Assembly: GCA_026025075.1 (NCBI GenBank)
Contig: JAPEUI010000146.1
Coordinates: 1 to 36,215 of the forward strand
Direction of reading: 5' to 3'
Source of the DNA: Vezdaea acicularis
Taxonomy: Eukaryota
DNA length: 36,215 nt
Under the pieces are notes generated by a model. The model saw only the letters and a list, made by a program, of their open reading frames with translations. It made no database searches and had not been told where the DNA came from. Each line of letters starts with the position of its first letter. Positions within the stretch are counted from its first letter, which is position 1. The translations under genes were made by a program, and so were the position numbers. This document shows positions 10,186 to 22,281 of the stretch, piece by piece.

Positions 10186-11513
10186 ATGAACAATCCTCAA
10201 TTTCACCGCCTGCACTTTTCCGATCCACGTGGGCGGCTTGTTTGGCTCAGCTCCCACTGCGCCTTTTCTCCGACCTGCTATGGACGGCATTCCTCGTCAT
10301 CGTCGAAGCGGTGGACGACTCGTCAGACCAAGGACAAGTTCGCCAAGGAGGCCCGCGTGCAAGGCTTGAAGAGTCGAGCAGCCTTCAAACTTTTAGAGGT
10401 CATTCGAGGACCCCTGCCGAGTAGCCCGACTCGGGTCTCACGGACGCCCTTGTGCTGACGCGGATGCATTAGATCAACGAGAAGTATAGGATATTCAAGC
10501 GGGGGCAGACGGTTGTCGATCTGGTACGTTGGTCCAAGACATGATGGGGAGTGTGACGGGAGTCTAACCGGGCAAAGGGGTATGCTCCCGGATCTTGGTC
10601 GCAGGTGTGACAACCACCCCCAATTTACCTCTTTCATGTCCCCGAGTTAAGGTTCATCCAGGTAGCGGTAGACCGTACATCTCCCAATGGCCGTGTCCTG
10701 GGAATAGATATCATCCCAGCCCAGCCCCCGACCGGAGTTTCGACCATTCAAGGCAACTTCTTGTCGCCGACCGTCCGGGCGTCTGTGCAGGACTTCCTGA
10801 CGGATCCAGATCGAGGCCGGCCACGAAGTCCAAGCATATTCTCTCCCGCTGATTCGGGAGACGATGCCAAACCGACTATTGCGAACGATGATCGGGGCTA
10901 CGTCGACTTAGAACGACATGCTGATAATCGAGGTGATCTTGGGTCAGAGGACAAAAACAAGGCCAGAATATCGAACAAGGAACGGGAACGGCTGGAGGGC
11001 AAGACGGTAGACGTAGTCTTGAGCGACATGTCCGCGCCCTGGGATCAAACATCGGGTTTTTGGAAGAAAAGTCTTAGTAACCCATATTTTAGGATGCAAA
11101 ATACCAGCGGCACATCCTTCCGCGATCATGCGGGAAGCATGGTGCGTGCTGAAATGCTTCTTTACTTGTGTGATCTTGTAAAGAATCGTACTGACAGAAG
11201 ACTTGGCTAGGATTTATGTCTCGCTGCGCTAGAATTTTGCTTTGATACTCTTCGTAAGAATGGGCATTTCGTTTGCAAATTTTACCAAGGTTCAGAGGAC
11301 AAAGCTCTAGAAACAAGACTTAAAAGGCTCTTCAGAGCCGTCCATCGAGAGAAACCCGAATCATCACGCAGCGTGAGTTTGCTCCTGACAGTGGAATGTT
11401 GCTTCATCGCGATCATCTAGCTGACCTCACGTTAGGAATCCAAAGAAGCATACTTTGTGGCTTTGAGAAGAAAGGACAATGTCGAACGAGGAACTGTACT
11501 CAATATCGATTGA
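10186..11513 (+). CDS. MRM2: Mitochondrial rRNA 2'-O-methyltransferase (FtsJ/RrmJ family), ~336 aa; exons 10186-10398, 10473-10523, 10578-10604, 10662-11141, 11211-11372, 11436-11513
   Basis: SSKRWTTRQTKDKF..LKSRAAFKLLEINEKY, VVDLGYAPGSWSQVA, VDVVLSDMSAP, GHFVCKFYQG, KPESSRSESKEAYFVAL (K-D-K-E catalytic tetrad). Start codon less certain. Confidence 0.93.
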
Positions 11514-13053
11514 GTCGACTTTAGCGCCAAGCACCCAATATGTTGGATGTGACGCACCACGTGTGTAGCGCAGATATATGAAATCCTGCCATGCACTGCT
11601 GGGTATGCTCGACACCAGCAATGTCTTGCATTCCTTGACAGGGCAGATCTATGGACAATTCACTCAGTCATATGCCGAAAGACCCATATAGTCATAGGCC
11701 TTCGCCAAAAGTCATGCAGCTCAAAGGTACACCTCAGCTATCACTCCGCGACAATTAGAACTATCTGCAACGTTTACGCAGTGACGAGTCTCAATTTGTC
11801 GCACCAATTACAGCTTGAAAGGGGTTGCGCAGCAGTACAGAATCGATGCGGGACTACTTTGCAACCCACCGAGATCCTAACAATTACTTTCAACGTTGGT
11901 CAAGATACAAGTTACGGGCTGAATCTTCCATGACAGCTTGTTGTAACCAACAGCACCAATTTCGAATCGGCGAGGCCGAGACCTTTATGAGCCAGCCTCA
12001 GGATAACTCAAAGCGAAGGACCTTCGGAGAGACAGCATCCAGTCAGGCACACAGTGTAAGCTTAAGGGCCTAAGAGGCTGCTGGCAACAAGTAAAACGCG
12101 ATTGAGCTCTCCAGGATCTTTCAATTGCTCTTCACCCGTCTGTCACGCACTTCTGATTGTGTACCTGCTGGAGAGTGCAATTCAAAGAATAGTCGTCAGA
12201 ACAAGTAATGTACAGACCAAGAGCTCTAGGTGCTTTATCAGGCCACGCTCTATGAAGTGTTTCTTGAAGATTATGTACTTTAAATAAGTCGGAGTGCGCC
12301 ACGATAAGACTTGATTCGACAAGTCGTCGCGATGCCTCGTCAATTCTTGCACCTCTTACTAACTTCGGCAACCTTCACGCAAAGCTTGAGGTGCCGCTCT
12401 CGGTAACAACCTCGCGCGAGACGTCAATGACGGAGTAGGAAGCATATTACTTGGAGAACTGTTTTGCGATATGCATACTCCTCATCCGTGCGCTTTGGCG
12501 ATCTTTCTGCAACTTTAGGGCGATGGTCTGGAGCGTCCTTTGTCGCTTGGTGCCAAAACTACTCACGGCATCTTGCGGTGGTTCGGGCTCTGCTTCGCCA
12601 AAACCAATAGCCTCTAACCTTTAAAGGCGACGCCAAAACCTAAGTCTAACCCGCTCAAGGATCTCGGCCTCTCTGCCGCGGAACCTTCTATCAAATGTTC
12701 GTCGACCCTTCCCGCCACATAATGGCCAGCCTTGGGCGTGGCTTCTCATCAGCCAGTAAAGCAAGGAGAAGAGTGACATCGATCTAGACATCCATTAGGA
12801 CAGTCTACGCGATGCGGCTCGGCCTGTTGCTAATTCTCTGCCTCGCCGCCCTCCATCGCACGCATGTCCACCCTTAAATCCTTGCAGGTCAGGCGTTTTC
12901 CCATTCCAAGCGCTTTGGAGGGACATAACATCTCCTCAGACCCTTTCATGTCCTCGTTGCTATCTGCCTTCCTACTGTCCTTCTACGCGTCCTTGCGTGT
13001 GCGAGCTTGCAGACCATCGACTTTCCTTTGGGAGACTCAGCCTCGTTTGCACG

Positions 13054-15070
13054 ATGGTTAGATGGGTAGCTGCAGCCATTCTGGCGCTCGTCGCCACTGC
13101 AAGATCACTACCAGTCCTAGACGAGGCTGTGGTTGAGGACGAGCGACGTCCAGAGTACGTTCAATCGCGGAACCAGATAGCATAGGGGTTCTGTCTAACA
13201 GATTCGCACAAACAGAGAGGTCATCGTCACATATACAACCACACATACAGAGATTGATCTTCGAAGGAGAGGAGGCCCTACGATGTAAGTGCCCGTCACA
13301 TGAGCTGTGCCAGACGACTGGAGCTTCGCACTAATAATCATTATGCGTTAGACCGTACAATGCCTTCTATGCATCTTTGACAAGTGCACACCCGGAAAGC
13401 GCTACCTTCTGGTCGCTCAAATCTGTTATCTATACCCAGGGCGTACAGGCCAATACTTTGATCACTGTTTCTGTTGTGTAAGTCAAACCGCCGCGTATGA
13501 TCCGGAAGAGCAGATGATTCGGAATTCTTTCGGCTCCAAGGACTCGATACCATCGATTGTGATTGATTCGAATATTTCGGGTACTCATGCAACGTTTCGT
13601 CCACGTAACGAGATGTTCTCTGTGCAAATAATGGCCATCCGTATAAGGAAGATAGCCCATTGAATGAACGACCAGGTTGCTTGGGAACCGCCATAGAATT
13701 GGCACCAATGATTCGCATCTTGAAGTACGACCCATGGATGCAATCCGAAGAAGCACTCAGGGGTGTCTAGCAACCGCCCTGAGCACATAAAAGAGCACCA
13801 ATAAACCTAAGCCGCAGGAAATCTTTCGTGCAGGGACCTCCAACTCCGTAAATAGTCAGCACGAAGAACATTTGACTCGACTTCTTGATGTTAATGCACT
13901 GATTACGCGGATCTTGGTGGCTAACATGTCCTGCATAGTACTGATGGCTATACAATCACAGCGAATGAGTAAGTGTATTGCTCGTAAGCAGATAAAAAGA
14001 TGCTGACGTGAAATGGCAGACCTCCTTATGAGCCAACGCAGTATTGTTGGCTCCTACCTGGTGCGACTCAAACGACGCCGCAATGGTTCAAAGACTCAGA
14101 TCTCAAAACTGGTGATCTATCTGCTTATGCAAGTTGGAGCGTTGTCTCTTCCGCATGTTCGAGCGTCAACGCCGCGGCTGTCACAACTTCGAAGACTCCA
14201 CCGTCGACATCCGCAGCACCGACTACCGCATCGAGTAGCCCACCAAATCAATCAAGTTTAGCTCCCAGCGCTAATCCGTCGACTTCTGCCAGTAATCCAC
14301 CCACAAAATCTTCAGGTCCGTCGTCAATCATCATCCCGACCTCAACAACGCCCACAACTATGACACAAACACAAGCGTCAACAGTTTCTGACGGCGGAAG
14401 CGCGGTGTCGACCGCAACTATTGTGAAGACGATTATATCGAGTGCAGCGGCCTCTACCGTACCTACAAGCAGTGGAGAGAGCGGAGGTGGATCTTCTACA
14501 TCAGGCTCAGCAGTAGCAGCTAGTGCAAGTAGCTCAACGACACCCGCAGCTGGAGGTGGGGGTCTAGGCAATGGCGCAAAGATCGGTATCGGTGTTGGCG
14601 TTGGTGGGGGTGCATTGGCTATCGTTGCTTTGATCGGCCTATTAATGGCACGTTCAACGAGAAATTCCAAGAGGCAGCATCACGAAGATGTAAATCCTGC
14701 TCCTGCCGTGATAGGAGGGCATCCTGCTGTCCCACAACCGTATCACCGTCCAGTTTCTGAACTCCCTTCAAACTACGCACCAGCGGGGATGGGCAACAAC
14801 GAGCCCACGGCTTACTATCTGGCGGCGGGAGGAAAGCTCATGCCGAAGGATGACAGGAGCCATAATGCGAGTCCTACGGGCCACCAGTCATGGGGTAGTG
14901 GGAACACCGCAGGTGAAGCTGGCGCAGGACCATATGAGGCCTATGGAAGCCTCGCCGGTGCAGGTCTGCCACCCATGGCAGAGGAGCATAGTACAGGCGA
15001 CACGCTTGTGTCCGGGCACTCAGGGCCACGCCAAGAGCTGGATAGCACAATGAGGCATGAGATGCGGTGA
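13054..15070 (+). CDS. Single-pass Ser/Thr-rich cell-surface protein (Mid2/SKG6-like architecture), ~458 aa; minimal exons 13054-13154, 13216-13284, 13352-13477, 13939-13968, 14020-15070
   Basis: Signal peptide MVRWVAAAILALVATARS, dibasic LRRR, S/T-rich stalk, TM GLGNGAKIGIGVGVGGGALAIVALIGLLM followed by basic residues, cytoplasmic ELPS/ELDS motifs. Phase-2 introns with GTAAGT/GTACGT donors. Structure of 13478-13938 is uncertain. Confidence 0.75.
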
Positions 15071-17923
15071 GGGTACGATGAAGTTAGTCGGAGGCGTTCG
15101 CTGTGTATATTCTTAGCGTATATCTTTAATGATCCTAATGGCAGCAAGATACTAGTTAGGGCTTCCTAAAAGACCTCTCGATTATGATTATGGGGCCTCC
15201 AGAGTTGGTGAGGCTCAGCTTCTTCAGCCCTCGTGACCACCCGCTCCATACACTTATTAGATACCCACGTTTATGTTAACGCGAACTACGTAGATGGGGA
15301 GTATACTATGATGGAGGATGAATCACTTGTTACGTGATGGTTTTCGTCGGTCTAGATCCATATTTTAATGTATGGGTTTTGGGTAGTCCTGGCGCTAGCC
15401 ACAGGAGTCGTCGTGCTCTTTTGTATCAATATTCTGGGCCCTGTCGGTAGCTATCCGGAAAGGAAGAAAGGCCGATCTTGTATAGTTTTTCACGTGATGT
15501 TATGGTGTTCTCTGTCCACTGCCATACCAGGTGACAACCGTAATACATAGACCTGTCTATAAAGCTACCTCTGATGGGTGCCTACCTTCGGAATGTCATC
15601 TCGAGGTCTCCATGATGATGCATATGTCAATCACGTGGGCGAGTGCCCTTCGCGTTTCAGGGGTGCGCTTGTGGAAACAGCCGCCATTCCAGAAGACGCT
15701 CTCTAGGACAATATCCCGTCCCGTTGAAACAGCTATTTTGCAAGCTATCGTGAAACATGTCACAGAGCTCTTCCAGATGACCCGGAAACCCTTCTAGAGT
15801 ATCCGGTTGACTCGCAAGTGATTGATAGCCGGACGAGATTTTCATGCCAGCAACAAAACCCCCCTTCACTTGCGTCGTCCCTCTCTTACAGCAGCCACTT
15901 TGAGGCCACGCGACAACCATAACAATGTCCACCATGTGCGCGACAGGGCCAACGTGTGTATTTAATGGTTTGCTCGTATCCGACGGACGGGGTGTTCCCA
16001 GCAGTCGGGATACAAGCAGCAGAGGACATTCCTACCGTGGCAAAACGGCTGGGGATGAACATGGGACAAGATAAGCCGGGTGCGGGACGCACAGACGATG
16101 GTGATAATTCTACGATTGGAACCGACTAACGGTGATCAGGTCAGATTGGGGATTCCGGGGGTGCGACGTTGCATCGCGAAGGATGCATGAGAAGACAAAG
16201 AGTTCAGGGCCCCTTGGCGGTACGGTTATAGGGGTTCGTTCACGTCTGTTACGCACTCCAGGTTTATCGATAGTCTAATTCCTCTCTACAGTACTCGTCT
16301 ATTGCCAGAATCTTCGAAAGTTTTACATTTTACGGAGTTTTTAGTCCCTTTGAGGCGTCAGGAACTCTAGGTCATCGCCAGACGGAAAATCGAGTAGCGC
16401 ACCAATAAGGATTGTCAATAGAAAAGTCGCCATAGAACGAAAGACTCGGACGACCGAGGCGCTGAGCTGTCTGTCTATCACTTCCCCATGCTCTCTGACC
16501 CCTCGATACTAATGCGCGTCACCACAGGGTTGTCAAGTCAGTCCATCCCGGGGTTTGTTTGTCTCTCATAGCACGGAATTGTCGTACTCTGTGCGTCTGG
16601 ACCACTGAGATGGATGGGATTGGCTGACGCTATGAATTTCGCGCCATCGCCATCTGTTGATGCAGGGATCAACCCGGGCACTAGGGGATCGTGCCACCCT
16701 AGCCTAAAGCCTAAAGGCACGATAGTTACGCCAGGATGGGATCCTTCGATGCTCCGAATCGACCATGTCCAGCACCTTTTCTTAGCCCTCATCATACAGC
16801 TGCTGCGGATCTTAGATGCGCGACGCTATGCGGTTGCCATCACCTGTCGTGCGCCCAACATCCGGGGATCATGCTCGCTGAGAATAAATTGGGAAACGCA
16901 ACCGAGTAATGGACAAGGCTCGAAAACTACACCACCAAGTGATAGTCGGTGGCTTCTGCGGACTGTTCATTGACGCATGCTCGTTCTGATTGGCTGCATA
17001 TTGGCATTACTGGAATTCTCGCTCTCAGAGTCGAAGGATTCGTGCATCTCGACCAACCAACACGGAGATATTCTGTTTGGCCTCCCTTCGTCATGCCTCG
17101 TCCCCTGGTGCCGAGGACTCGATGACTACAAACCTGCTGCCATCCCTCCACCACAAGCCAGGCCGCCGGGCTCACCCTGCAGGAGGACGACTCCTGATGT
17201 TCGCACCGGAACGTGCTGCTCTTCTTAGCCTTGGTCGATCGTACAGCGACATCCTTATCCAAGGTCTGCAACCCGAGATCGTGTCAGAATCCTCAAGGCA
17301 AGCCAGACGTTGAGACGTTAATACCATCAATGGCTCCAATCGCCGATCTAGCCTGCCGCTGACCGGAGGCTGCTTACCATGCTGTGCCGCTGAGGAGCCG
17401 AAGCAGCGAAAAAAACATCGAATGATCGCGTTCCAGCCTTGTCCAGCAAGAAGGAGAAGCCTTGTCGCGCCTGTCAGTTGACAAGGTGACGTTACACAGC
17501 TCGCAATCGTTCGTTACACCGACTATTTGCTATTTCTGATGACCTGGAGCCTTGGACTGGATTTAACTTTCGCCCCCTCTCACGAGTGCCTAGTCTAACC
17601 CCGATTTCCTCTCGATCAGCGCAGTCTAGAGCCTATCGATAGGTACATAACCCCGCTGCTTGCTGCTTTGGGACACCACATCCTGGCCCTTCCCCGCTCC
17701 GTGCATATACCGGATCGGATAGAACACACGGACTACTGTTCAATCTCAGCGCGCACAGCTCACGGGCCTCTTCTTGGCTTGCGCTCGCCGTGCTGTACTC
17801 TCGCCTGCTGACGCTGGGCTCCGATGCGGGTCTGCACTTCAAAGCTCCGATGCCCACTTTCTAAAGCTTCACATCGTAACCTCTTGGACGCTGCGGTCGT
17901 CTGATCGCTTCACGGACGAAGCG

Positions 17924-19888
17924 ATGGACTTCGCTGGCTTTAACGGAAGTTCTCAGCCTCAAGAGCATCTCTCGAGGCGGAGTTTTGTTGTAAGTCATCT
18001 TGTGTCTGGCGGCCGGGAGAATTGACTTTTTGAGGATTCCGGGGTAGCACATCTGCTAATAGTGGCATCGAATAGATCGCGATATGGCTTCTAGTCTTCA
18101 TCGACGTGATATTCACGATTGCGCGACTATGGATTCGACTACACAAACTGAAAAAGCTCTTCTGGGACGACGCAATACATTGTTTAGCATTAGTACTATT
18201 AATTACGAGCGGTGCTCTGTACACGGCCATCGCTCCAGAGATCTTGAAAATCTCGCGGGTGACTCGAGGAGTCCAACCGATCACTGTTGATTTCCTGACG
18301 GTCGACGTGCCAGTATATCTAAGATACCAGTATGCCATAGTCATTCTCTTCTGGTCGTGCCTCTGGTGCGTCAAGCTTGCATTTATGCTGTTCTATCGGC
18401 GGTTCGTACGGGATCTGGAGAGGCATATGATCGCGTGGTGGATCATTCTGGCGTTTGTAATACTATCTTGGTTGGGGTGTTGGGTATCCTTCATGGTCGT
18501 CGCGGGTGGGCCTGGTGACTTCTTCAATATTTGTGAGTATTTCAGCCTCTCTTTGGTGCAATAACTATCCTGACCCTTCGATAGCTAAAGCAATAACTCC
18601 ACGGACGCAAATGCGAACGCTGGTCGACATACTCTACAGTACGGCGGCCGACATTGTCTCCGACCTTCTCAGTAAGCTTCAACTAGTCGCTTCGCTCTAG
18701 GTTCATAACTAATTCCTAACTACAGTAATGGCCCTCCCTATTCGCCTTCTCTGGCACCTCCGTATCTCCCGCCGAAAGAAACTTGGCCTTGCCGCCATAT
18801 TCTCCCTCTGCGTTATCGACATGGCCGTCGCCATCGTCCGCGCTGTTGAAACCTGTCAAGGGCTTCTTCCCCTCTCCAAAACGGCCAGCGCCTACCAGCA
18901 AACCGATCCGATCTGGCTCGGCTTCTGGTCGGTACTCGAGTCATCCGTCGCCGTTCTCGTCTCTTGCCTTCCCACCTTCCGCGTGCTCTTCAAACGCACC
19001 GAGTCCCCACCTACTCCCTCTCCTGGCCACGGAAAAGTCGAGTGGGTAAAGTCCCTCGGCGAGGACAGCCACGTCAGCTCCGCTACCCACAGCGCCAGCA
19101 CTACTCCAGCACCAGGCTCGCATTCAGCACCGCATACGCCACGCAAACTAGTCAAGCGCCAGCGCTCGGATGCTGCCCATAGCTGGGCTGGCAGCAGCAG
19201 GCGCAGTTACAACTACTTCCGCTGGAGCAGCGTCAAGGGCGCACGAGTGAGCGTCCTACCCGTCTCGTCTAGCAGCGGTGGCGGCGATAGCTCGAGAAGC
19301 AGCACTACGCCATATCAATGGACAGGTCCTGGAAGGTTCAGCTCAAGAGGCAGTTTATATGGACCCTTGGATGGGATCTCCATCCCGAGCTCGACGATGC
19401 TGGCGGAGGGCATCACGGGCTCCGGTTTAGGGATCCAAGAACCGCATAAGGTTGTTCGAGGTGGGAAGGCGTATTATGAGCGCTACTCGCGTCCGGAGAT
19501 GGACGACTGGCGGACGTGGAGGCGGCGATTATCCGAGGACGAAAAGGCGGGTGGCTTGGCACCAATGCCGCCTCAGGATAAGAAGCAGACCCTTCGTGTG
19601 GTAAAACCGGAGCAGATTGGTCTTGCGAAGAGCGGCGAGGACGAGATCACGCCTGTCGAGCAGGCAATGTCGCTTACGGACGCTGGCTCCTTGACTGATG
19701 TTGAGGGCGGGGCGCAATACTACGATGCCGTGGAAGTTCGCAGAGTCAGGCCTGAAGAGGTGGGCGTCGCTATCGGAGGGAGGGAGAGTGCATTGGCCGA
19801 CGAAGCAAGCCAGTCCGAGTGGGAAGGCGAGCATGCGCTCAGGGAGGTCGAGAGTTATGAGAGTATATTGCGGGGGCTGCAGTCGTGA
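17924..19888 (+). CDS. PTH11-like (fungal rhodopsin-domain) 7-TM integral membrane protein without CFEM, ~590 aa; exons 17924-17989, 18076-18532, 18585-18671, 18726-19888
   Basis: ARLWIRL..LFWDD, LWCVKLAFMLFYRR, ADIVSDLLIMALPIRLLWHLRISRRKKLGLAAIFSL, WSVLESSVAVLVSCLPTFR are hallmark PTH11-family motifs. Long Ser-rich cytoplasmic tail. Confidence 0.9.
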
Positions 19889-20693
19889 GCTGCTTCGTTT
19901 TCTTCTTCACCTAATTCCTCGAGCGAGGCGTCTTCTTCGTTGTCCATATAAACACCTGGGTTGGGGCTTTGGGATGGGGGGCATGGGATTATTTCTCCTT
20001 CTTCTTCGGGCTGGAAAGTAGGGGAGTTGGACGGGTCGGATTGATGCGCTCGTACGAGCTGGGCTTGCACTATACCACGGGGGTAAACTCCTTTTCTATA
20101 ACGCACATATTCTTTACTTCTTTTCTCACCGTACATAGCAAACTCTTGAACCTTTCTCTTCAATGCTTCATCTCTCATCAACTCCCTCCGTGAGCCTGTC
20201 ACCTCCCCACAAACGCATCCCCCGACACCCGCTGCAACGTCCCCTATCATGACCCAATGCCGCATCTATCTGCCGCCCTCAGCTCCGTCCCATGCGAGCG
20301 CGCGTTAGTTGGGTTCTGGGGCACGTCCGCATCCGGTAATGCGATGGCAGGGGTCCGCGCAGAGCTACGACATTGACGTGCAGGAAGCAGGAACGGAGCT
20401 CTATTGATTGGGGGGTTAAGTCCGTGTGGATCGAGAGGATATGGCGCCGGCTGAGAGGACGGTGGGAGCGGTGGTGGAAGGCGATGGGATGGTGGATTGG
20501 GTTTGGGGTGTTGGGGAATGGTACGGGATTGTTGTGCAGGGAAAGGCGTGGATGGAGGCTGGACTTGGAGGGAAGATGGAGGTGTAAGAGGAGAGGTACG
20601 TCGTAGATCTTGTCGATCGTAGGGAGGTAAGACGGCGTGCCAGGTCACGCGGACTCGGGGCTTTGGTTGTTGAGGTGCTTCTAGAAGATACAT
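19855..20693 (-). CDS. Possible orphan protein (Pro/Gln-rich N-part, acidic C-part); model uncertain
   Basis: Two adjacent ORFs (20247-20825 and 19855-20265) can be joined in frame by a 59-nt GT..AG intron (20324-20266) containing ACTAAC, but branch position and acceptor choice are atypical. Confidence 0.35.
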
Positions 20694-20847
20694 GCGATTG
20701 CGATGACTGCGCTGACTGCGCTGACAGACGCCACTATTTTTCCTGACTCTAAGCACGCCCCAAAGCAAGTCATACCTCCCATAAACGCCACAATACCATT
20801 TCCCTGACACCAACATGGTGAGCACAATACCTTAGAGATGGATGAAA

Positions 20848-22281
20848 CTATTCTTCGGCCACACCCTCTACCTTCACTTTCTTAGCAGGACTCAGATCCC
20901 CCTCCGCTTTCCGCTTCACGCCATTACTCCCTCCTCCCTCTTTACTCTCCACCTTCTTCCTCCTCACCAGCCCTGACAAGTCATTTGCACCTTTGACCGC
21001 CTCCTCCAGCCTCGCTTTCTGCTCTTCAGGACTTTCACCAAGTATACTCCCCAGGATGCCATTCAAGGCTGATGCATCGGCAGGGCCAACAGCTTGCTCG
21101 GCAGCTGACATCGTCACGGGCGGCGCGCGGAGGTCCGTCAGGCGCTGCTCCATATCGCTAATCATATCTTTCAAGTCGTCGATGCTCGCGCGATCGATCT
21201 TGGGTTTGTGTGATGAGGCGGCTGCGGGGTCTGTTTTGAGGAGGGTTTCTTCCTTTTTGACGCGTGCGCGACATGACTCGATGGCTTCTTCCATCTGCTT
21301 TGCTGCTTCCTCGCGGCCGGCTTCGTCGATCGTGGCTTCTGCCTCTGCTGGCGGTGGGGCTTGCTCATCTGTGCCTTCGACGGGTGCGGCGGGGGTAACG
21401 GCGGCAAATTCAAGCGCGAGGGAGAGCTTGTAGTGCGCTTCTGCCATCACGCTGTTTGCTTGATCATACAGCTCTCCTTTCAGAGTGAGAGCTTCCTTGA
21501 AGTCGGAGACAGCCGCTGGGAAACGCTCGCCTTCAAGGGATATTTCGGCGAGGAGGTCGTGGGTATCTGCCAGTCGTTCCTTGATATGCCGTATCTCAGG
21601 CGATATAGTTGTGCTCTTACCCTTTGAGACGGAGGTTTCTTCCAGTTGGCGCGTGAAGAGAAGCCGAGCCATATCTAACACGTTCCAGGATGCGACAAGA
21701 TCATCTTCTTCTTGCTCGCCTTCACCTTCGGGCGCGGGACCGTCCGCTTCGGCTTCTTCATCCTCGTCAGAGTCGTAGAGGTTATCATCGCCGGTGATTT
21801 GGAAGTACGGTTTAGGCGCTCCGGCAGCCTCTTGTTTTGTGGCGCCGTCTTTGCTCTCTACAACTTTAGTGACAACCTCCGCAGCGACTTCTTCCTCTTC
21901 GTCTCCCTCTACGACAGTGGCCAGACCTGCGGAGGAGCTGCTCTCGCCGGTCTTGCCCTTTATCTCTTTTGCCTTTGCTGCGTCTGCTTCACCTGTGACT
22001 GTGCCGCCTAGAACATCACTCTTACTAACACCGACTTGGTAGAGAGATTTGCCGTAAAGGTAAAGCAGCTCGGCGTTCTCTGGCGCGAGATCGGAGCCAT
22101 TGATCTCCGCTTGTAGTTGCACTGCTTGGCTGTACAGATCTGAAGCTTCTGTATAGTGTTTGAGACTGTACTGCTGTGTAGCCCTTGCCTGTAGGTCTGC
22201 AAGTTCCGCTTTCTGGCCTGAAAGGTCCGAGGTAATGATTTCCGCGGCGGACAGTGGAGCTTGCTCTGATGCTTCAGTCAT
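20848..22281 (-). CDS. sim3: NASP/Sim3/Hif1-family SHNi-TPR histone chaperone, 477 aa, single exon
   Basis: TPR interrupted by an acidic stretch (LLYLYGKSLYQVG...DDLVASWNVLDMAR), LADTHDLLAEISLEGERFPAAVSDF, AEAHYKLSLALEF, ANDLSGLVRRKK and C-terminal NLS-like KRK..KKVKVE. Confidence 0.92.
   Translation of the reverse strand: MTEASEQAPLSAAEIITSDLSGQKAELADLQARATQQYSLKHYTEASDLYSQAVQLQAEINGSDLAPENAELLYLYGKSLYQVGVSKSDVLGGTVTGEADAAKAKEIKGKTGESSSSAGLATVVEGDEEEEVAAEVVTKVVESKDGATKQEAAGAPKPYFQITGDDNLYDSDEDEEAEADGPAPEGEGEQEEDDLVASWNVLDMARLLFTRQLEETSVSKGKSTTISPEIRHIKERLADTHDLLAEISLEGERFPAAVSDFKEALTLKGELYDQANSVMAEAHYKLSLALEFAAVTPAAPVEGTDEQAPPPAEAEATIDEAGREEAAKQMEEAIESCRARVKKEETLLKTDPAAASSHKPKIDRASIDDLKDMISDMEQRLTDLRAPPVTMSAAEQAVGPADASALNGILGSILGESPEEQKARLEEAVKGANDLSGLVRRKKVESKEGGGSNGVKRKAEGDLSPAKKVKVEGVAEE

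Noticed and set aside
9089..10424. 200-aa and 208-aa ORFs in the spacer before MRM2
   Set aside because: Non-ATG starts, no domain-like composition; region looks like a divergent promoter with a CT microsatellite.
13341..13756. Minus-strand ORFs inside the surface-protein gene
   Set aside because: No recognisable features; splice signals support the plus-strand gene.
20266..20268. TAG before the 19855-20265 ORF as a possible A-to-I edited or read-through stop
   Set aside because: Another in-frame stop (TAA) lies only ~13 codons upstream, so read-through would not restore a long ORF.
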